In this document: positions 57,711 through 64,000 of the stretch, piece after piece
How positions within the stretch are numbered: position 1 is the stretch's first letter
Layout of the letters: each line of letters begins with the position of its first letter
Origin: Escherichia phage 121Q
DNA: 64,000 bases
Direction: 5' to 3' (one strand)
Sequence record: NC_025447.1
Notes under the pieces: model-generated
The model's database searches: none
Seen by the model: only the letters and a program-made list of their open reading frames with translations
What the model was told of the DNA's origin: nothing
Made by a program: the position numbers and the translations under genes

Positions 57711-58083
57711 ATTCCACCAGCATTGTTCTATACATGTCTGTGATGATTGTGGTATACAAATGAGTGATATTTATACAGTTTCCTGTAAAGGTTTCAAATT
57801 CACTCATGGTGAACCTGCTTACTGTTATGGTACAGAAGAAGGTGATATCGAGATAGTACTGAAAGAATTGTTCCAGTACTTGCAAAGTGTCGGTCATGAT
57901 GTTACAATACCCACATATTATGAAGATGATTATGATGCACATGTAGAAGAAAATACATATTATAATCAATTCGTTTATGGTAATGGTTTTATCACATACC
58001 TACATGAGAATGGTATTGAGGTAAAAACTAAGTACACCAGTGATGATTATGATGATGATAATTCTATGGAGATTGAAGATTGA
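57691..58083 (+). CDS. hypothetical protein with Cys-rich N-terminus
   Basis: ORF in track. Confidence 0.45.
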   Translation: MKIKKIKFHQHCSIHVCDDCGIQMSDIYTVSCKGFKFTHGEPAYCYGTEEGDIEIVLKELFQYLQSVGHDVTIPTYYEDDYDAHVEENTYYNQFVYGNGFITYLHENGIEVKTKYTSDDYDDDNSMEIED

Positions 58084-58664
58084 AAGCAAAAGACTTGGCA
58101 GCACTGTTGATGCAGAATCCTGAAATGGAAGTGTATCATGAGCACATGCACATTGATGACATGTGTGACGCTTACTATTCACCAGAAAATGTGTCTGGTA
58201 TTGAAATCACCCCTAGTGGAGTATTCATCAGTACTGAACGTATTGATTTGAATTCCCAGCAAGAAATCAAAACTCCACATAATAAACCTCGCATTGGTGC
58301 TATTGACCTAGTATTTCATCAGGACCGTTTGGTGGAATATGATGAAGACGATGGTACTACCCAAACTGATGTTGAGAATGTTGTTTTTCGTTTTTATAAT
58401 GCATACGAAGACCCAACTACTGGAGAAGATTTCTTCCGTGAGCTATTAGAGGATGGGGAAGTTTATGGTCAGGATGGTACGGTTTTTGTACTAGACCCTA
58501 ACTATGAGCCAGATCACAATACATGGCAATTCTATACACCAGAAGATGTAATGGAAGTTAAAGTACTTATGGATATTGACGATAAATGGAATCCTATGTA
58601 TACTTCAATGACATATGAAGAAGCCAAAGAATACTTCGTTTCTAAACTAAACATTACAAAATAA
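58080..58664 (+). CDS. hypothetical protein, paralog of the 57078 ORF (TTG start)
   Basis: ORF in track. Confidence 0.45.
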   Translation: MKAKDLAALLMQNPEMEVYHEHMHIDDMCDAYYSPENVSGIEITPSGVFISTERIDLNSQQEIKTPHNKPRIGAIDLVFHQDRLVEYDEDDGTTQTDVENVVFRFYNAYEDPTTGEDFFRELLEDGEVYGQDGTVFVLDPNYEPDHNTWQFYTPEDVMEVKVLMDIDDKWNPMYTSMTYEEAKEYFVSKLNITK

Positions 58665-58681
58665 TAAGGATTCACAAATTT

Positions 58682-58963
58682 ATGAAAATTGTTGCAAGTG
58701 CATGGATGAAACTACCAGATGGTACAACTGCTTTTGAAGAATATGGCTTTGTTGAAAGTGTAGATGAATTAAAGCGTTTCAAAAGTGAAAATGATGATGA
58801 TGTGTTTGATATTGTATTTGTATATCATCATATTCCTAATGATACTGATTATGAACATTATTATTATCATCCTGATTTGTTGGAAACACTTGTATGCGAC
58901 AACTATCATGAAATTGATGAAAATACAGCTTTACTAATGTTGAGTACCGTATCTCCGGTATAA
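58682..58963 (+). CDS. hypothetical small protein
   Basis: ORF in track. Confidence 0.45.
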   Translation: MKIVASAWMKLPDGTTAFEEYGFVESVDELKRFKSENDDDVFDIVFVYHHIPNDTDYEHYYYHPDLLETLVCDNYHEIDENTALLMLSTVSPV

Positions 58964-58971
58964 GGAGTAAT

Positions 58972-59451
58972 ATGTATAATCTTATAATTATCCGCGAACC
59001 ATATGAATCTGACAACAGTTCAACTGATGGTGAGGTTTTAGTATATCAAAGTTATGAACAAAGTGGCATTGAACATGAATTAAAAGATTATTTACGTCAA
59101 CATATATATCTATATCGTTCAAAACCACATGAACAGTATGGCGATATAATGTTTATCGTAACTCATAATGGTGCAGTAATTGAACATGTAAATATGACAA
59201 ATAACATGTATTTTCATAATTACACTGACACGTCTAAAGAATTAGGAAACGATTTCAATGCTGTTTACAATGCATTGCGTATCAATTTTTTTAAAAATGA
59301 CAAATTCTGTACTGATATTAGATTAGAAGAAGCAAATACAAAAAAGAAACTTTCTCGAAAATACGAGAGTGATAGAAAAAAAGAACAAGAGATTCAGCGT
59401 TTACACGAATTGATGAAAAAATACCCTAATGAGGTACAACATGGCTCTTAG
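58972..59451 (+). CDS. hypothetical protein
   Basis: RBS AAGGAG. Confidence 0.5.
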   Translation: MYNLIIIREPYESDNSSTDGEVLVYQSYEQSGIEHELKDYLRQHIYLYRSKPHEQYGDIMFIVTHNGAVIEHVNMTNNMYFHNYTDTSKELGNDFNAVYNALRINFFKNDKFCTDIRLEEANTKKKLSRKYESDRKKEQEIQRLHELMKKYPNEVQHGS

Positions 59452-59779
59452 AGGTTCAAATCAATATAAATGTATTGCAGAGATCAGGAAGAAAGATGGA
59501 ACACTTGTAGACCGAACATTAAAGGAAGAATATAAAGAACTACGTGATGTGGTGCATAATGATAGTTATGGCGGGATGCGTCGTCAAAAAATTTATGAAT
59601 ATCTAAAGAAAGGTTTAGAAATTCAGGTTAATGGTCTTCATTGTATTCAAACAAAAAATGATCCTGATATTCTACGTTTGTTGAAAGAAGATAAGATTGA
59701 AATGTTTAATGTTCCTATTTCATTCTATGGTAATAAACTAAAATGTAAGCATACTTTCTTGAGGATTAAAAATGGTTGA
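59441..59779 (+). CDS. hypothetical basic protein
   Basis: ATG with RBS GAGG. Confidence 0.45.
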   Translation: MALRGSNQYKCIAEIRKKDGTLVDRTLKEEYKELRDVVHNDSYGGMRRQKIYEYLKKGLEIQVNGLHCIQTKNDPDILRLLKEDKIEMFNVPISFYGNKLKCKHTFLRIKNG

Positions 59780-59996
59780 TTCATTTATGAAAAAAATCTT
59801 TAAAAATTTACTATCTGGATTTGAAAAAGCAGTCCGTCTTATTTTCAGTTCAGTTGTAATGGTTATTACAGTACTGGCATTTTCTCTAGTACTGCATTTT
59901 GTACCATTCTGGTTAGTCTTTATTGTACTTATTGCTCTGCTAGGTGCACATGTTTATTATGTTTACCGTGACGCATTGGATGATGATAACGATTAA
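59772..59996 (+). CDS. small membrane protein
   Basis: two hydrophobic segments. Confidence 0.45.
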   Translation: MVDSFMKKIFKNLLSGFEKAVRLIFSSVVMVITVLAFSLVLHFVPFWLVFIVLIALLGAHVYYVYRDALDDDND

Positions 59997-60002
59997 ATGT
60001 AT

Positions 60003-60029
60003 TTGACCTCACTATGTGGGGTCTTTTTT
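60003..60029 (+). terminator. rho-independent terminator
   Basis: GACC(T)C...G(G)GGTC stem plus TTTTTT. Confidence 0.5.
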
Positions 60030-60041
60030 AAGGAAAATTAT

Positions 60042-60494
60042 ATGCTTATAGAAACAGAAACATTTAAGCGTTTTATAGACGTATGTCGTGATACGTGTTT
60101 TTGTTTTCTTTCATCACAAGAACAGTTCGATGCAATGAGTGATGTGTTAGGATATCGCCGTTCGGTATTGATGTATTTTGATGGTCCTTTGATTGAAGTT
60201 CATGATGATGTGTATTCCCTCCAATATGTATCAATTAACAATGCGTTCATCTTTATTGCTGACACGTACTCAATTGTAGTTGAGGAACGTGGTAAAGGTA
60301 TACCAACAACACACTATATTGATTGTCAAAGAACTGATTGTGTTTATAGTTCTGGACTAATACAAACACCAATTCCCTATCCTAGCATTTATATAAACAC
60401 ACTCCATCAAGAAATTATTGAGTACTGTAATAGTATTTCTGATAGAGATACACAGTATTTTCCTATTGTATTATTGAAAGGAGTTAGAACATGA
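60042..60494 (+). CDS. hypothetical protein
   Basis: ATG after terminator with RBS AAGGAAA. Confidence 0.45.
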   Translation: MLIETETFKRFIDVCRDTCFCFLSSQEQFDAMSDVLGYRRSVLMYFDGPLIEVHDDVYSLQYVSINNAFIFIADTYSIVVEERGKGIPTTHYIDCQRTDCVYSSGLIQTPIPYPSIYINTLHQEIIEYCNSISDRDTQYFPIVLLKGVRT

Positions 60495-60880
60495 GATGGA
60501 AGAAACGTCACATTAAGCGTTTTGAGAAAATAATTAAAAAATATTACTCACATAAGTTAGATCCGATGATTCTTCAGCTAAGGACCAGTATTTTTGATAG
60601 ACGTTATCCGCAGTGTTTAGAATCGTACAGTCGTAAGCGTTCCAAGAATGAATACCAGGTGTATCGTTATGATTTATCTGAATTGTTTTTGAATACTCGT
60701 GTATCAGTACCAATCAAGCTGTACTCAAGGGTAAAACGAAGTAGGGTTCAAGATATTACATATGGATATCTTATGATTGAAATCGACGACCTCAATGAAA
60801 AAACTGGCAGAAATTACAGTACTTTATGTCTGGAAAATCATGATTCAATAAAAAGAATCATAGAAGAGTTGGGAAAGTGA
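60491..60880 (+). CDS. hypothetical basic protein
   Basis: ORF in track. Confidence 0.45.
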   Translation: MRWKKRHIKRFEKIIKKYYSHKLDPMILQLRTSIFDRRYPQCLESYSRKRSKNEYQVYRYDLSELFLNTRVSVPIKLYSRVKRSRVQDITYGYLMIEIDDLNEKTGRNYSTLCLENHDSIKRIIEELGK

Positions 60881-60909
60881 GATTTTTAGTGCTATAATTG
60901 GAGATGAGT

Positions 60910-61254
60910 ATGAAATACATCGATAAAGGTACAGTGGAGACACAGTACTGGAATATCCATATTGCTGGTGATATTCAAACAGCAAGAGAGTACACAAGAA
61001 AGTTTGCGTTTAAGCATGGCTTTTGTGTACAATTAATTCCCTGTGAATATATCTACACTGGCGGTCTTGAAAGTGGGATGTGTGCTCGTATTATTCAGTA
61101 CCCACGCTTTCCAAAAGAAGAAGTATATCTCAACCGAGATGTATTAAACTATGCAAAGGGTTTAGCTGAAGAGTTGTGTCAAAAGAGCTTTACTATAGAG
61201 CGAAATAATGATACAATTTATTATGAAAGTGATGAACCTTTACACAAGAAATAA
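60910..61254 (+). CDS. hypothetical protein
   Basis: ATG with RBS GGAG; TATAAT box just upstream. Confidence 0.45.
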   Translation: MKYIDKGTVETQYWNIHIAGDIQTAREYTRKFAFKHGFCVQLIPCEYIYTGGLESGMCARIIQYPRFPKEEVYLNRDVLNYAKGLAEELCQKSFTIERNNDTIYYESDEPLHKK

Positions 61255-61265
61255 AAGGAAAATAT

Positions 61266-61397
61266 ATGAATGGACTAAAGAAATTTGGTAAAGATTTTCT
61301 AAAATGTATACGCTATACATATGATGCAAACCCAGAAATGACTGCTATTGTGGGTGTGTTTATTACACTCGTTGTATTAAGCTTTATTGTGGTGTAA
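61266..61397 (+). CDS. tiny membrane peptide (43 aa), not in ORF track
   Basis: hand-translated; C-terminal hydrophobic segment. Confidence 0.3.
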   Translation: MNGLKKFGKDFLKCIRYTYDANPEMTAIVGVFITLVVLSFIVV

Positions 61398-61400
61398 CAT

Positions 61401-61604
61401 ATGATTGAAATTAATGCTGATATCTATTGTAGTGCAGCACCAAATTACTTCATTTATGCACTAAGTACATTTGGTGAAACTGAAGGTGAAACTTTTGTTT
61501 TAGTAGAGAATACTACATGGTTCAAAACAAGTAATAAAATTCCGAAAGATGTTTTGGAAACATATGTTCGTATTGAAAATAAAAACATATATGTAATTTT
61601 ATAG
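61401..61604 (+). CDS. hypothetical small protein
   Basis: ORF in track. Confidence 0.4.
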   Translation: MIEINADIYCSAAPNYFIYALSTFGETEGETFVLVENTTWFKTSNKIPKDVLETYVRIENKNIYVIL

Positions 61605-61611
61605 GTAAAAT

Positions 61612-62022
61612 ATGATTGAAATGGAAGGAACTCTGGTGTATGATCCAGACCGTGGCACTATGAAAAAGAAGAAGGACTTCTGGTTAGTACTGCAACTTCC
61701 ATTACAGTTGGTTAGATACTACCAGTACTTCATCAGAACTGATTTACATATTGACGTTAAAGATCCTCAATGGGGAGCACATGTTAGTATAGTGCGTGGT
61801 GAAGTACCACCACATGAAGAGTTCTGGAAAAAATACGATGGAATGAAAGTAAAGATAAAGTTCAATCCTTGTATTGAGATAGTAAAAGATAAAAAGAATC
61901 CAGGTTCATTCTTTATCATTGAATTTGAAGATGATTTCATCACACACATTAGAAACGAACTAGGACTACCAACCAAGTACTTTAAATATCACATAACTGT
62001 AGGTAGAACCTACTACGATTAA
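61612..62022 (+). CDS. hypothetical protein
   Basis: ORF in track. Confidence 0.45.
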   Translation: MIEMEGTLVYDPDRGTMKKKKDFWLVLQLPLQLVRYYQYFIRTDLHIDVKDPQWGAHVSIVRGEVPPHEEFWKKYDGMKVKIKFNPCIEIVKDKKNPGSFFIIEFEDDFITHIRNELGLPTKYFKYHITVGRTYYD

Positions 62023-62190
62023 TGTGGTTTTTACAGTAAATATGTCTTGTAATAAAATAAAAATATGCTATACTACTTAAACATTTGAAAAGAACGTTTT
62101 TGTACTGTAGAAAGTCCGATGAGGCTTTTGCAAATGGCCTCTTTGCCATCTTTGTGATTGCCCATCTTAACAATCAACAAAGGAGGCGTT

Positions 62191-63117
62191 TTGAAACAAG
62201 CGAAAAAAGCACTGAAAACTAAGACTACTTATGGTGTTCTAGTTTGCACAGTACTTGTCGCTGCGATTGGATTTTATGGTTTTTCTCAAAATGATCGTGT
62301 ATCATCATCGGACGAAAGTCAGGTACACAATTTAAAACCACAAGTTACGCAAATTCAAAAGCAGGAATTACCAAAGGTAGAAATATCAAAGGATGTTCCA
62401 CGCGGCGAGAAGCATTATACGGTTCAACCTGGTGATAGTTATTATTCTATTGCTAAAAAGTTTAAACCTAAAAATGTACAACTTGAAGAGTATGTTATTT
62501 TGTTGAAAAATATCAATTTAAATGCTACTCTTCATACTTCTCAGGGTATCTTTATCCCAACAAAAGAGGATTTGAAGAACGTATTGTTACCAGATGTGAC
62601 TGTACTGTTTGATTATAATGATCCAGAAATTGTCAATCACATCAAAGAAGCTGAAGGTTCAATTGAATTTCAGTCCAAGAACAAACGCCGTTTACTTGGT
62701 GGGAAAGTCGGAGTTCCTTTCCACAATTCTAAATTTCATCCCTACAAGGACATGAAAGGTAATTATACAATAGGTTATGGGCATTATTTGGGTAGAAAAG
62801 AATCTGATGCGATTAAGTACAGAAACGGTATTACCAAAGCTCAAGCCAACAAACTTTTAATGCAAGATATGAAAAGAACATATGATGACTTTTTATTATT
62901 GATGCAGAAAAAAGAAGCAGTAAATCTGACCAAAGAACAACAACGTATTCTTTATGAAATGTCCTATACAATGGGTGTTGATAAATTAGCAACGTTTAAT
63001 AAACTTTGGAAAAGTGTGAAAAATGATAACCCTAAGAAATTTAAAAAAGAAATTATGAATTCCTTATGGTATCGTCAAGTTACAAACCGAGCAGATTTGT
63101 TGTTAAGTTCACTCTAA
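62191..63117 (+). CDS. endolysin: N-terminal membrane anchor, LysM-like segment, T4-lysozyme-family (GH24) catalytic domain; TTG start
   Basis: RBS AAAGGAGG 5 nt upstream of TTG; hydrophobic segment; LysM-like YTVQPGDSYYSIAKKF; YTIGYGHYLG resembles the T4 lysozyme core. Confidence 0.6.
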   Translation: MKQAKKALKTKTTYGVLVCTVLVAAIGFYGFSQNDRVSSSDESQVHNLKPQVTQIQKQELPKVEISKDVPRGEKHYTVQPGDSYYSIAKKFKPKNVQLEEYVILLKNINLNATLHTSQGIFIPTKEDLKNVLLPDVTVLFDYNDPEIVNHIKEAEGSIEFQSKNKRRLLGGKVGVPFHNSKFHPYKDMKGNYTIGYGHYLGRKESDAIKYRNGITKAQANKLLMQDMKRTYDDFLLLMQKKEAVNLTKEQQRILYEMSYTMGVDKLATFNKLWKSVKNDNPKKFKKEIMNSLWYRQVTNRADLLLSSL

Positions 63118-63133
63118 AAAAGGTAGGTAAATT

Positions 63134-63466
63134 ATGCTAAAATTAAATATTCAAGGTAATGTTGATTTTACTACAGCAATTCAAGATGCAATTTACGATG
63201 GTGCTAAATGTCTTGAAAAGTTCCGTACTTCAACTGTAATGGATATTGAAGTTCATGTGAAGAAAGAGCATAAGTCTCAATACTCTGTGACTCTAACATC
63301 AGGTAGTAAATCAGTTACTGCCGATGCAGCAGATTTATACAAAGCAATTGGTGATTCATTTGAAAAAATGGAAACTGTATTCAGTAAAGACAAAAGCATT
63401 AAATTACACCGCCGAAACCATCCAGAACACCCAGTTCTTGATGATTTGACAGAAAACGAAGAGTAA
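63134..63466 (+). CDS. ribosome hibernation factor homologue (HPF/RaiA family)
   Basis: colinear resemblance to E. coli HPF recalled from memory (LNI.GN.V..T.A, KLE, DLY.AI). Confidence 0.55.
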   Translation: MLKLNIQGNVDFTTAIQDAIYDGAKCLEKFRTSTVMDIEVHVKKEHKSQYSVTLTSGSKSVTADAADLYKAIGDSFEKMETVFSKDKSIKLHRRNHPEHPVLDDLTENEE

Positions 63467-63477
63467 TATATACTAAA

Positions 63478-63506
63478 GGGACAGATTAATTCTGTCCCTT
63501 TTCTTA
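63478..63506 (+). terminator. rho-independent terminator
   Basis: GGGACAG...CTGTCCC stem plus T-run. Confidence 0.65.
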
Positions 63507-63519
63507 TGGAGTTTTAATT

Positions 63520-63915
63520 ATGAATTATTCCTGGATGGAAATTGTAAAATCTATAATATCAACACATGATATGGACTTACCTGAACACCTAGTTATTAAT
63601 AGATGGTACTATCCATATCCAGATAACCGTTGTGTTGGGATTGGATTTTTTATTAATGAAAAATCTCAATATATTGGATTAATTGAAGATTATACAAAAA
63701 CCAACATTGCGTTCTCTATTGAGTTGAATGTAGATCACATAAAATACTACACTAATAAAATGGACGAAGACGATGGTGATGTTATAATTCCAGCAGAAAT
63801 AGACGAAGCTTCATTTTTTCAGTTATCATTAATTCATGATGTATCTGATATTACTTATGATAATGTGAAAGACCTTTTTATATTGTACAATAAACTGTAT
63901 AATTACTTTTTATAA
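63520..63915 (+). CDS. hypothetical protein
   Basis: RBS GGAG. Confidence 0.45.
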   Translation: MNYSWMEIVKSIISTHDMDLPEHLVINRWYYPYPDNRCVGIGFFINEKSQYIGLIEDYTKTNIAFSIELNVDHIKYYTNKMDEDDGDVIIPAEIDEASFFQLSLIHDVSDITYDNVKDLFILYNKLYNYFL

Positions 63916-63928
63916 TGGAGATAAATTT

Positions 63929-64000
63929 ATGGAATATACAATATGTATAGTTATATGTATCATATCCTTACTAGTCGGGGTTGGTGTGATGATTTATTGT
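63929..64000 (+). CDS. membrane protein, 3-prime truncated by window end
   Basis: ATG with RBS GGAG; hydrophobic N-terminus. Confidence 0.35.
   Translation, partial: MEYTICIVICIISLLVGVGVMIYC

Noticed and set aside
1-64000. Prophage, transposon or integrative element signatures (integrase, transposase, att repeats) and CRISPR arrays
   Set aside because: No tyrosine or serine recombinase or transposase motifs were recognised among the ORFs, and no regularly spaced direct repeats were seen; the only long repeat is the two-copy noncoding element, which is not an array.

Overview
This window is a densely packed, AT-rich segment of a large virulent tailed-phage genome, with almost every gene on the + strand. 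Several enzymes are recognisably T4-like from motifs I recall (no database search was possible): anaerobic ribonucleotide reductase NrdD with its activase NrdG, polynucleotide kinase/phosphatase, RNA ligase 1, ATP-dependent DNA ligase, dCMP deaminase and a PIN-PhoH ATPase. Promoters look like E. coli sigma70 sites, and a T4-type late box (TATAAATA) sits in front of a block of paralogous tail-fiber genes, so the host is probably a Gram-negative, possibly enterobacterial; the phage may be a large or jumbo T4-related myovirus, but that is inference. The strongest candidates for something undescribed are: (1) a two-copy ~0.5 kb noncoding element (856-1310 and 55524-56041) conserved in blocks that fall in different reading frames, which looks like a large structured RNA; (2) roughly ten-fold over-representation of the palindrome AGTACT across genes in all frames, by hand count; (3) a six-gene operon (26420-29475) combining a secreted ClpP-fold protein, an HslV-like peptidase with no partner ATPase, a Sir2-like protein and a Nudix-like hydrolase; (4) a small minus-strand islet, a ribosome hibernation factor homologue and a second CDA-fold deaminase. 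No tRNA, rRNA, CRISPR array, integrase or transposase was found. Gene starts and all motif-based calls are provisional.
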